In this document: piece after piece, positions 19,374 through 28,749 of the stretch
Layout of the letters: each line of letters begins with the position of its first letter
Position numbering within the stretch: the first letter of the stretch is position 1
The notes under the pieces: model-generated
Told to the model about the DNA's origin: nothing
The model's database searches: none
What the model saw: only the letters and a program-made list of their open reading frames with translations
Program-made: the position numbers and the translations under genes
NCBI GenBank assembly: GCA_029565675.1
Contig: JAKQNP010000036.1
Span: 1,449 to 65,448, forward strand
DNA: 64,000 bases
Direction: 5' to 3'
DNA from: a bacterium
Lineage (GTDB): Bacteria; Zhuqueibacterota; Zhuqueibacteria; Residuimicrobiales; Oceaniaggregativiventaceae

Positions 19374-20180
19374 CTATCCTCTATCCATGACTGATTCACC
19401 ATAGTCGATGGCGATGGTGTCGCCGTTGATCCATTGCACATCCATCGAGCACAACGATGCGATGGCATTGGCGACATCGGCTGGCGTGGTCAACCGGCCA
19501 GCCGGATTACGCCGCAAGGTTGCTTCGATCATCGCCTCGTATCCGGGAATTTTCTGCAACGCCGGGGTATTGGTGACGCCGGCTTTGAGGGCATTGCAGG
19601 TCACACCGATTGGACCAAGTTCGAGAGCCAATTGCCGGATATGAGCTTCGAGAGCTGCTTTGGCCGCCGAGACAGCGCCATAATAAGGCAGTACAGTATG
19701 GCTGCCGTGACTGGTCATGGCAAATATTCTGGATCCATAGCCGAGCAAGTTTTGCCAAAACAACTCTTGTGCCCAATAAATCAGGGAATGCGCCATGACA
19801 TTCATGGTCATGGCGACATTGTCCGGCGCGATGCATTTGCTTGCGTCCTTGTCGATAAATAGTTTGAGAGAACCGAAAGCCAAAGAGTGCAACATGACTT
19901 TGATATGCTGGCCGCGCGGAATCTTTTTTCGGATTTCAGCCACAACCTCGGCGCGTTTTTTACCATCGGCGGCATTGATGTTAAAATAGGTCGCACAACC
20001 GCCAGCTGTTTTAATTTTCACGATCAATTCTTCGACTTGTGGTTGGGTCGATTTGCGGTCGAGGTGCACACCAAAGATATGGTATCCCTCATGTGCCAGG
20101 CGCAGCGCTGCAGCTGCCCCGAAACCGCTGCTGGCCCCGAGAATCAACGCATAACAGCTGTCGGTTTTGTGTTCTTTCAT
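19374..20180 (-). CDS. SDR family enoyl-ACP reductase (FabL-like)
   Basis: LGASSGFG Rossmann motif, YGAVSAAK (Yx6K) active site, NPAGRLTTP, WINGDTI. Confidence 0.8.
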   Translation of the reverse strand: MKEHKTDSCYALILGASSGFGAAAALRLAHEGYHIFGVHLDRKSTQPQVEELIVKIKTAGGCATYFNINAADGKKRAEVVAEIRKKIPRGQHIKVMLHSLAFGSLKLFIDKDASKCIAPDNVAMTMNVMAHSLIYWAQELFWQNLLGYGSRIFAMTSHGSHTVLPYYGAVSAAKAALEAHIRQLALELGPIGVTCNALKAGVTNTPALQKIPGYEAMIEATLRRNPAGRLTTPADVANAIASLCSMDVQWINGDTIAIDYGESVMDRG

Positions 20181-20598
20181 TTTTACCTCGTTTTATGGTC
20201 TCCGGGCCGTCGCATAGGTGGATGCAGTGGACTGAAGAGAGATCCGCCATCTCGGCTCAGGAGTAGAGCAGGTTCAGGCATAACTGCTGTGTTCAGCGCA
20301 ATTGATTTCGATCGATTAAAAAAGAGTGAACGACTCTTGCAGCGATGCATTTTATCAGCCGTAATTTACGAAAAATGCAGCAAACCGCCAATATCGAAAT
20401 CTAGTATAAATCAGCACCCCGGCAAAATGCCGGCAGTCGGACTTTGTATTTGAAATCTCGGCGTCAGTTTTGTATATTGATTTCCTAGCCTGAAAAACTG
20501 CTTGTTTCTCAGCGATTAGATTTTTAATTTATTTGAATATGATTCATTTTATGTAAAATATCCTAGCAGCGCCAAACAGGATTGACAGCTTGGAGACC

Positions 20599-22626
20599 AT
20601 GATGGATTCGATTAAAATTATTCCCAGCGATGAACTGCGCGCCATTTTGTGGCGATTCGCTGATCGCTATGATCTGCAGATGGTGATGCAGTCCGCACGA
20701 ACAGTGGCGCGGGGCGCTGTTGCGCGGGCGGTTGCCAATGGTGCCCGCAAGTCGCATGAATGGTCATCGGAAAAAGCACAGCTGCTCGATGCTTTCGATG
20801 AATCAGGAATCACTGCTCTTTTTATGGATCCCCGGTACGGCGGTTATATCGAGGGGCCGAAAAACCTGGCACTCGCGCTCGTTGCTTTCGAGCTCTCCTG
20901 GGTAGATGCTGGTGCCGCCACCAGCAGTCTCGCTGGCAATCTGGCATTGGCTCCGATCCATGAGCGCGGAACAGAAGAGCAGCGAGAAAACTACATGTCG
21001 GCGGCTGTTCCGCCGAGTGGCGGAGAAAAACGCACCGCCCGTCGCGGGGCATTTGGACTCACTGAACCATTGCCGTATGTTGGAGTGGAAACCGGAATTC
21101 TGAGCGGTAAAATGCGTATTGCGGAATGGTCTGACTCTACTGCTGAGCCGATTCTGCAGATCGAGAAACGGGGTCGATTTATCACGAATATGGATTTTGC
21201 TGATTTTGTTTGCGTGGCGGTTGAGAGCGACGATGAGCGTCTTAAAGGCAGCTGTATGGTGATTCTCGAAACGGGCGACCAGGGTACCTTTGATCGGGGC
21301 GCTCCGACCTTGAAACTGGTACATCAGCTCTCCTCAACCCGCGATCCAATTTTTAGCCTGCGCGTTCCGGCGAGCCGTATCATCGGCGGCTATGAAATCA
21401 AGGATGGCACTGTGGTTCCCCGTTTTTCACACAGCGAGATCATTGAAGCGGTTTTCAAACGGACTCGTGTTACCGTGGCATTGATGAGCGCAGCAAAATT
21501 GCTCAGCTCCGTAGAACCGATCATCCGTTATCAGCGCAGCAGATTCCGCGGCGGCAATCTCGAACCCGGTTCACCGCGCTACGAACTCGGAATTCAACAA
21601 AAAGACGACGCCGTGCAACGCCTGGCCGCGATTTGGGCCATGGGTGAAGCATCGGCTTCCCTGGGATTCACCGCCGCCAGGGTTTTTGATCTCCTCGATC
21701 CGCTCGAAAAGGAGAAAGATCGCCTCTTTCATGAGCAAGGCATCGAGCGCGGTCGACAAGAATTGAAGCAAATTATCAAACTGCAGCAACAACTGCTTGA
21801 AATCAAAAAGACAGGTCAAAAACCATCGGAAGACGACCTGTTGTTGCGCTATATCGAAATCGATGCGCTTGCCAACGTGCTGTGCCCGGCAAGCAAACTC
21901 TGGTGCACTGGCCAGGGCGCCACCATGATGCGCGAAGCCGTCAGCCTGATGGGCGGCTATGGCATTACCGAAGATTGTCCCGGATTTCTCGGACAAAAAT
22001 GGCAGGATGCCCAACTGGAAGCAACCTATGAAGGACCGGAAGCCGTACAACGGCGACAATTGTCCTTTACCATGACCAATCCGGTTTTCTTGTTCATGAT
22101 GCGCGGCTGGATTGCGGACTTGGCGGAAACCGAAATCCAGCATCCCGGCACGGGAGCCGCCGGTCTGGGTCAGAGCTTTGACCTCTGGCTCGCGACTCTG
22201 GAGTTTCTGCAGTCTCATGCCGACGACAACAATGGCAAACTTTACAGCAGTTCACGGCACGGCGTCACTTTCCCGCTCGCCGATGCCTTGTGCTGGTTGC
22301 TCGCTGCTTTTTATCAGCTCCAGGATCTCATCCATCTCGAAGAAGCAGGAGCAGAAAGTCCTTCTTTGGCGGAAGAACTTCCAGGAGCGATTGTATTTCT
22401 GCGCGATCTCTGCATGCTGCAAAGCTGTCGCTCCTGCGGCGAAGCACTCCGCTTGCTCTCGGAATTGGTGCATGGATATACCCTTGATCAGCAGATGGTC
22501 GACCGATTCGTTGCTGAACGCAGCGCCATCGAACGATCGTTCCATGGCCTTGGGGAGGCAAAAGAACGCGCCGGCCGTTCTTTGACTTGCATTATGATTC
22601 CTGAAACCTTGGATTATCCAGTATAG
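20599..22626 (+). CDS. Acyl-CoA dehydrogenase family protein with long insertions/extension
   Basis: AFGLTEP, KRGRFITN, EAVSLMGGYG, ATYEGPEAVQR; about 675 aa. Confidence 0.88.
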   Translation: MMDSIKIIPSDELRAILWRFADRYDLQMVMQSARTVARGAVARAVANGARKSHEWSSEKAQLLDAFDESGITALFMDPRYGGYIEGPKNLALALVAFELSWVDAGAATSSLAGNLALAPIHERGTEEQRENYMSAAVPPSGGEKRTARRGAFGLTEPLPYVGVETGILSGKMRIAEWSDSTAEPILQIEKRGRFITNMDFADFVCVAVESDDERLKGSCMVILETGDQGTFDRGAPTLKLVHQLSSTRDPIFSLRVPASRIIGGYEIKDGTVVPRFSHSEIIEAVFKRTRVTVALMSAAKLLSSVEPIIRYQRSRFRGGNLEPGSPRYELGIQQKDDAVQRLAAIWAMGEASASLGFTAARVFDLLDPLEKEKDRLFHEQGIERGRQELKQIIKLQQQLLEIKKTGQKPSEDDLLLRYIEIDALANVLCPASKLWCTGQGATMMREAVSLMGGYGITEDCPGFLGQKWQDAQLEATYEGPEAVQRRQLSFTMTNPVFLFMMRGWIADLAETEIQHPGTGAAGLGQSFDLWLATLEFLQSHADDNNGKLYSSSRHGVTFPLADALCWLLAAFYQLQDLIHLEEAGAESPSLAEELPGAIVFLRDLCMLQSCRSCGEALRLLSELVHGYTLDQQMVDRFVAERSAIERSFHGLGEAKERAGRSLTCIMIPETLDYPV

Positions 22627-22634
22627 GTCAATTG

Positions 22635-24488
22635 ATGATGAGCGAAACAGACCGCCAGCAGATGCAGGTCGATATTGCGTGTGTGGGATTTGGCCCCGCC
22701 ACTGCCGGATTTCTCTATACGATCAACCAGCAATTGCTCAATCCGGACGGCACACCCAAACTAGAAAGCCGCGTGATGCCAGGCATGCCTCTGCAGATTG
22801 TCTGCTATGAGCGCAGTGATGACCTCGGCTTTGGTGTCTCTGGTGTGGTATCCCATGCTGAATCGATGCGCGCGAGTTTGGCAGGCGTTAAATCGAGCGA
22901 CATTCCCATGCTGACAGCGGTGAAACACGAGCACCTTTATTACCTGCTCGATCCGGTCGGAGCCAGCCGCAGAAGCTCAGGTGTGCGCTTTCTCGACACC
23001 CTGGTACAGCTGTGTCGCTGGACTCCATGGTTCCGCGATCGCGCGTTTCGCATGCCGTTCATCCCCGGTTTTCTCGCCAAACATGGGGGATGGATCTTTT
23101 CCATCGGCCAGTTCAGCCAATGGCTTGCCGGGCAGATCATGTCTACCGGTCTGATCCAATTGTGGCCGGGGACACCAGTCAGCGAACCGCTTTTTGACAG
23201 CGATCGCGTTCGCGGTATCCGGCTTCTGGATCAGGGTACGGATCTGAATGGTGCTCCGACAGAGGGTTTTATGGCCGGCATGGATATTCTGGCTGATTTG
23301 AGCGTGGTTGGAGATGGACCGGTCGGCACAGTGGGAATGCAATTGGATGACCATTTTGGCCTGCCTCCGGGGCATGAACGCAAAGATTGGGCGCTCGGCA
23401 TCAAGGCGGTCGTCGAATTGGCTGAAGATACCCAACTTCAAGAAGGCTCGGTTTTTCATACGTTTGGTTTTCCAGAACCTGAAATATTCGGTTTTATTTA
23501 TATCCATCCCAATCGTTTGGCATCTCTGGGTATTTTTGTTCCTTCATGGCTGGACAATCCGGTTCGCACAGGCTATCGCTATTTGCAGCACTGGATGCGC
23601 CATCCAATGTTGGCCAAGTTGCTCAAGGGATCTACTCTGCGTTCCTGGGGCGCCAAATCGCTGCAAGAATCAGGGCGTCTTGGTGAGCCCTTCTGGGTCG
23701 GTGATGGATTTGTGCGAATTGGCGAGGGATCGGGCAGCACCAATATTTTCACCAATTCCGGCGTCGACGAAGCCTGGCATACCGGCAAACTGCTTGCCGA
23801 TGCAATTGTCGAATTGTATGGCTGCGGAAAAGAGATCAACAAACAAAACTTGCAAGAGACTTATGTAAAACATCGGCGCTCCGACAGGCTGGAAAAAGAA
23901 GCGAAAATCGCGGCTCACAGCCGCGATGGTTTTCAAAAAGGGCTGCTTTGGGGCTTGTTGGGTATGATGCTTACCCACCTTACGCGCGGGAAATTGTCGT
24001 TGCCGATTGCGCGGCAATCGACGCAAGAGAGGCTGCCCAATTTCGAAAGATTTTATAAAAAGAAAATCACCGCTTCTCAGTGGGATACTTTGCAACAACA
24101 AGCCGACCAAAAAGGAATCGCCATGAATGAATTGGTCATGGCGCAGGCCGGCTGGCCTGAAATACCCTTTGATGGTCGGCTGATGATGTCGCATCAGGAT
24201 GCGATGCTCATCGGCGGCAAGGTCCAGGCACCGGGGGGGTATCGAGATCATGTCAGCTTTTTGAATCCACAGATCTGCCGATCTTGCCGTTTTAAGCTCT
24301 GCATCGAAATGTGTTCCGGAGAGGCGATCACGCCCGGACCGCAAGGTGTACCCCTGTTTGACCGCGATAAATGCATTCATTGCGGCGCTTGCACATGGAA
24401 TTGTACCCAGTGGTTGGATGTGGCAAAACAAAAAACAAATATCGGATTTTCAGCCGGCACCGGCGGACTGCATTCCAGCGAAAACTGA
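22635..24488 (+). CDS. ETF:quinone oxidoreductase-like flavoprotein with C-terminal ferredoxin (FixC/FixX-like fusion)
   Basis: DIACVGFGPA FAD motif, WGAKSLQESG, RIGEGSG, C-terminal CRSC..CIEMC and CIHCGAC..NC. Confidence 0.85.
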   Translation: MMSETDRQQMQVDIACVGFGPATAGFLYTINQQLLNPDGTPKLESRVMPGMPLQIVCYERSDDLGFGVSGVVSHAESMRASLAGVKSSDIPMLTAVKHEHLYYLLDPVGASRRSSGVRFLDTLVQLCRWTPWFRDRAFRMPFIPGFLAKHGGWIFSIGQFSQWLAGQIMSTGLIQLWPGTPVSEPLFDSDRVRGIRLLDQGTDLNGAPTEGFMAGMDILADLSVVGDGPVGTVGMQLDDHFGLPPGHERKDWALGIKAVVELAEDTQLQEGSVFHTFGFPEPEIFGFIYIHPNRLASLGIFVPSWLDNPVRTGYRYLQHWMRHPMLAKLLKGSTLRSWGAKSLQESGRLGEPFWVGDGFVRIGEGSGSTNIFTNSGVDEAWHTGKLLADAIVELYGCGKEINKQNLQETYVKHRRSDRLEKEAKIAAHSRDGFQKGLLWGLLGMMLTHLTRGKLSLPIARQSTQERLPNFERFYKKKITASQWDTLQQQADQKGIAMNELVMAQAGWPEIPFDGRLMMSHQDAMLIGGKVQAPGGYRDHVSFLNPQICRSCRFKLCIEMCSGEAITPGPQGVPLFDRDKCIHCGACTWNCTQWLDVAKQKTNIGFSAGTGGLHSSEN

Positions 24489-24547
24489 CAAAAGCCTGGT
24501 TCTGGCAAGCGAAAATTGCCTGGTAATTGCAATATTGGAGAAATCAA

Positions 24548-25357
24548 ATGTCTTTCTTTCACATCGTGGTTTGCTCAGGCGTGGCACCAGACCCGCTGCA
24601 AACTCTTTTACCCGTTTCTGACCATTCTGCACCGGCTCTAAAAAACGAACAGATGCTGCCGCATCTTCTCGATCCGTGGGCTGAACACAGCTTGTTTGAA
24701 GCTGCAAATTTGGCCAAAAATAACCCGCAGAGCAAAGTATGGTTGGTCAGTATGGCACCAAGAGCCAAACTATCCCAGGTGATGATGAAGGTCGCACAAA
24801 AAGCGTCTTTTGAACTGGTCGCGTTAGATGCCCCCTCGAACGGGTTCACCGACAGCTTTGCTGCCGCTGAAAAATTGGCTGAGACCATCCGATCCATTCC
24901 CTCGCTCGATTTCAATCGTCTGCTGTTGTTTGGAGGCTGGGAATCGGCATCGCGCGCTTCCGGCACCACCCTGCAAATGACCGGCGAGCTTTTGAATATT
25001 TGTGATCAATTTCAAGGAGTAGATGAACTGGAAGTTACAAATGACGGCAGCCTAAGGGTTTTGGAGCGCCTGGAAGGAGGGGAACATCAGATTTCCCTCT
25101 GCGCGGGGCCACCGGCCGTATTGGGATGGGCGACCGGTAATTTGCCCGAGCCGCCCAACAATCCGCAGGTTGGCATGACAAATATGCGGCAGATCATGCC
25201 GGCATTGCAAAAAGCGCAGGCGTTTGGCTATCCCGCTGACGCACTCCAGTTTACATCTGTGGCTTTGCCACAGCAAAAGCGCGATACAGAACTTGTAAAA
25301 GATAAAAATCCACAAGAAATCGCTCGCGAAATCGTCGACTGGATGAGGCGGCAATAG
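24548..25357 (+). CDS. etfB: Electron transfer flavoprotein beta subunit (divergent)
   Basis: APDP, LDPWAEHSLFEAA, LLLFGGWESA, VLERLEGG; position in an ACAD/ETF-QO operon. Confidence 0.78.
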   Translation: MSFFHIVVCSGVAPDPLQTLLPVSDHSAPALKNEQMLPHLLDPWAEHSLFEAANLAKNNPQSKVWLVSMAPRAKLSQVMMKVAQKASFELVALDAPSNGFTDSFAAAEKLAETIRSIPSLDFNRLLLFGGWESASRASGTTLQMTGELLNICDQFQGVDELEVTNDGSLRVLERLEGGEHQISLCAGPPAVLGWATGNLPEPPNNPQVGMTNMRQIMPALQKAQAFGYPADALQFTSVALPQQKRDTELVKDKNPQEIAREIVDWMRRQ

Positions 25358-25371
25358 AAGAGAGGAACAGA

Positions 25372-26400
25372 ATGGAGCGTTTTTTATACTTGCTGCACCA
25401 CGAAAACGATGGTTCATTTGCAGATCGCGCCCTTGAGGGATTGGCATTCGCCAAAGCTTTAGCCGCACAAGTCGGCGGTGATTTACACGTTGCTGTTTGC
25501 GGCGAGCAGGCGACAAAAGCAGCGCACAATTTGGCTGGCGCAAGTCAGCAACCGATTCTTGTGGTGGAAGGGGCAGAGTTTGCGTTTCCGCGCTTTGCCA
25601 CCGATGCAGCAGCATTGACCGCGATTTGCGAAACAGCTGCGCCGACAGTCGTGTTGGCTTGCAGCACAACCCGCATGACGCGCGTGCTTGCGGCGGTTGC
25701 CTGTCGCTGCAAAGGCGCCATCGATACGCACATTACCGGGGTTTCTGTTAATGGCGGTCAACTCAGCGTGCAGCGCTGGTATTACCGCCAAAGAATTCAG
25801 GCAGAACAATGCCGCAGTAAGCGTCCATGGTTTATGCTTTTCGAAGGCGGCATGGCACCGGCCTGGCAAATTCAGACCGGCACAGTGCAAATCCAAAAGG
25901 TCGAGTGTCGTTTGCCGGCCGACAAGATTCGCACCATCGTCGAAGGGAAACGAACTCCGAGCGGCGAAAGCCAGACCATAAGACCGGCAGCAAACTTGCT
26001 TTTTGTGGCGGGTGCCGGATGGACCAAAAAACAATCCGACGGTCAGACACACCCAGACCAGGCAGCATCGCTGATCCGCACGTTTTTACAGCTCGGTGGC
26101 GCATCTCTAGGCAGCACGAAATCTCTGGTGGATCTCAAAGGTGAGGGACAGACGGTTTTGCCGTTCTTGACCCACCTCAATCAGGTCGGCCAGACCGGGT
26201 CGACCCCTCGCCATCCGAAAGGCCTGGCCACCTGTTGTCACGGCGAAGAGCCGCATGTCGTGGGTTGGAGATTTATCAATGAAAGGCGTGCAATAAATTT
26301 AGATGCCAATTGCGGCTGGGCGCAAGGCAAAGCCGATGTGCTCTATGTGGCAGATGCGTTTGCGGTGTTGGAAGAGATCAACAAGCTGTTGCAGGAGTGA
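25372..26400 (+). CDS. etfA: Electron transfer flavoprotein alpha subunit (divergent)
   Basis: LFVAGAG, GASLGSTKSLVD, QVGQTG, AINLD, ADVLYVAD. Confidence 0.82.
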   Translation: MERFLYLLHHENDGSFADRALEGLAFAKALAAQVGGDLHVAVCGEQATKAAHNLAGASQQPILVVEGAEFAFPRFATDAAALTAICETAAPTVVLACSTTRMTRVLAAVACRCKGAIDTHITGVSVNGGQLSVQRWYYRQRIQAEQCRSKRPWFMLFEGGMAPAWQIQTGTVQIQKVECRLPADKIRTIVEGKRTPSGESQTIRPAANLLFVAGAGWTKKQSDGQTHPDQAASLIRTFLQLGGASLGSTKSLVDLKGEGQTVLPFLTHLNQVGQTGSTPRHPKGLATCCHGEEPHVVGWRFINERRAINLDANCGWAQGKADVLYVADAFAVLEEINKLLQE

Positions 26401-26519
26401 CTCTCTGGTGCAAGCAGGTCGCCAGTCCTCGCTTCTGGCGGCAACGAACGGGTGAACGATTGTTGTTTTCATGGCCATACCGTCCAAACCGGTCGGGTTC
26501 GGGAGCAACGGCAGGCATT

Positions 26520-27374
26520 TCAGCGAAAGAACTTTTGTACCGAGCGTTTTTTTTCCCATTCCTTGATGTTGCGGTACAAGACGGTCTGTTTAAACGCATC
26601 GAAAGAGTAGGAGAGCCGCAAACTGCTTTCGAGCATGCTTATCGACAGGCGCTGACTGCGGCGGTACCCAACCAGTTGCAAGGCATTGTGCAGAACCTCA
26701 ACCAGGTCGTGTCCACGCGCGATGATCCAGGGATCGTGTTTTTCTTGGTGCAAGTGCTCGATTTTCTCTTGTAAATCTTCGAATTTGACCTCGACCACAT
26801 TGGAATTTTTCACCACCTGGCGGAGAAACGCTGTTTTGTCGATTTGCAAGGTTTCTCTATCGAGCACTCTGTTCAACTCGATATCCTTGAAGCTGATATT
26901 CAGCCTATGTTTGATTGAAACACATCGCACCAGTCCGATAAAATAGGCAGAGTCGAGGAGAATTTGGCGCAGTTCTTTATGCCGGCGTTTTTCAAACTCT
27001 CGCAACCGTTCTTCGTCCATATATTCAGCGACCAGCTTGTTGAACGCATGAGATTTAACGATGAGAGTTTCCAGGTCGTGGGTATCGGTGAGGAAGAGGT
27101 GTTCCGTTTGTTGGAGATTGCCAAGCACGGTATCATAGTCGCGGTCTACAATGGCAAGCACCTGGTCAAAATCAGTCGCTGCGAGCAATTTCAGCGCTTC
27201 AGTCGCATTGTTTTTGCCAAACGCGATTTCTATTTTGCAGTTTTCTTCGATCACAAAATTTTTAAACATGCGCGCATCGTCCGGACCTTCGACGATTAAA
27301 AACATCCCTGAATATTGGGTGGCTTTCATGCGAATGGTGTTGGCGATGGAATGCGGCGTCAGAAATTCACTCAT
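26520..27374 (-). CDS. DUF4435 TOPRIM-like nuclease (PARIS AriB-like)
   Basis: LIVEGPDD, IVDRDYD, TDTHDLE, RGHD motifs; ATGA overlap with the upstream ATPase. Confidence 0.85.
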   Translation of the reverse strand: MSEFLTPHSIANTIRMKATQYSGMFLIVEGPDDARMFKNFVIEENCKIEIAFGKNNATEALKLLAATDFDQVLAIVDRDYDTVLGNLQQTEHLFLTDTHDLETLIVKSHAFNKLVAEYMDEERLREFEKRRHKELRQILLDSAYFIGLVRCVSIKHRLNISFKDIELNRVLDRETLQIDKTAFLRQVVKNSNVVEVKFEDLQEKIEHLHQEKHDPWIIARGHDLVEVLHNALQLVGYRRSQRLSISMLESSLRLSYSFDAFKQTVLYRNIKEWEKKRSVQKFFR

Positions 27375-28666
27375 TCGGTTGGTCCTTTGAGTTCCACAGT
27401 CAAATCCCAGCGATCGTGGATCAATTGCGGGGAATGAGTCGAGATGATCACATCCAGTTCCGCCACCTGCGTGACTTGCTGCAAATCGTGCAAAAACGCT
27501 TCCTGCCACAACACATGCAGGGAAAGTTCGGGCTCATCGATCAGGATCAGGCTGTCCGAGTCGGTTTTAAACAGCAATTCGTACAACAAAACGATTTCAT
27601 GTTGTTCGCCGGAGGAGAGATCCGACGGCTCCAACTCGTTATGGGTGCTGGAAAAGAAGCGAAAACCGCTGTGTTTGGAAATTTCCATCCATTTGTAATC
27701 GAATAAATGGTTGACCGTATTCTTGAACAATTCAATTTTATCCGCCAGCTGATCGAGAATCGCCAGTTTTTTTTCGACATCATTCATATAGATCGTCAAC
27801 ATGACCAGTGCGGTTTCATCGATGTTTTCCGGCAACTCGAAAGAAAAATCCTCGGAATCCAAAATGCCGACGTTGATGAAGCGCAGCCGCTTTTTTTCCA
27901 GATCCCTCAGTTGCCGGCGCAAATCGTTTTCCTGGCGGACTTGATCAGAGTCGAGCTGCTGCAGCATCCGTTGTGGAAAAGTGCGATCCAGCGATTGCGA
28001 AAGGGCTGCGTATTCGGCGAGTCTGGAATTGATCACCCCGACAATTTCGTTGGAATATTCGATAACCGACGGCAACGGCGTCTGCTCCTCAACAGATGAC
28101 CCCGCAGCCGATCGGCTGAATTGCATCAAACGCTGTGCCTCGATCATGCGTACCGGAATACTGCTGCGCAACTTTTGCAGCCACTCGGGTTGTTGGATGG
28201 CCGGGGCAGGGTAGATCAGTTCATAAATTTCAGCCGCTTTTTCCAAAAAATCTTTAAAGGTGGTTGGTTCCTGCAACTCTTCCAATTGCCAAATCTGCTG
28301 CGGAGACAATGCAGATTTGCCGATAGACCGCCGACGGTGTTTTTTTCCGGTGACAATCGGCTTGAGCGAAAAAGAGTTTTCAGCAAAAGAAAACACGACT
28401 TCTTCAGTGAGAAGAGTTTCGGCGTGCATCTTTTTATGGATGCGAAATTCACGCTCATCATCAAAACGAATGGCGATTTTGTCGAAAGGAATTTTAACAA
28501 GATAGAAATTATTCTCGCTAAACAGCGATTGGATCAGGCGCAGAACGCTGGTTTTGCCATAGCCGTTCGGACCGTGGATGATGGTGATCCGGTCTTGACC
28601 AAACAGCGGGATCTCGTGGTTGAACAGGCCGAACAGGTTGTCGATGGTAATATGGGTGATGCGCAT
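27371..28666 (-). CDS. ABC/AAA_15-type ATPase (PARIS AriA-like)
   Basis: Walker A HGPNGYGKT, signature LSSGEQ, Walker B ILIDEPELSLH, STHS; coiled-coil insert. Confidence 0.88.
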   Translation of the reverse strand: MRITHITIDNLFGLFNHEIPLFGQDRITIIHGPNGYGKTSVLRLIQSLFSENNFYLVKIPFDKIAIRFDDEREFRIHKKMHAETLLTEEVVFSFAENSFSLKPIVTGKKHRRRSIGKSALSPQQIWQLEELQEPTTFKDFLEKAAEIYELIYPAPAIQQPEWLQKLRSSIPVRMIEAQRLMQFSRSAAGSSVEEQTPLPSVIEYSNEIVGVINSRLAEYAALSQSLDRTFPQRMLQQLDSDQVRQENDLRRQLRDLEKKRLRFINVGILDSEDFSFELPENIDETALVMLTIYMNDVEKKLAILDQLADKIELFKNTVNHLFDYKWMEISKHSGFRFFSSTHNELEPSDLSSGEQHEIVLLYELLFKTDSDSLILIDEPELSLHVLWQEAFLHDLQQVTQVAELDVIISTHSPQLIHDRWDLTVELKGPTE

Positions 28667-28749
28667 AGGATTGTTCCTCTGTTTTATGCAAACTGACTCG
28701 CAATTAAACTTAAAAAATTTCATCTTTTAATCAAGATAAAAGTCAGGAG

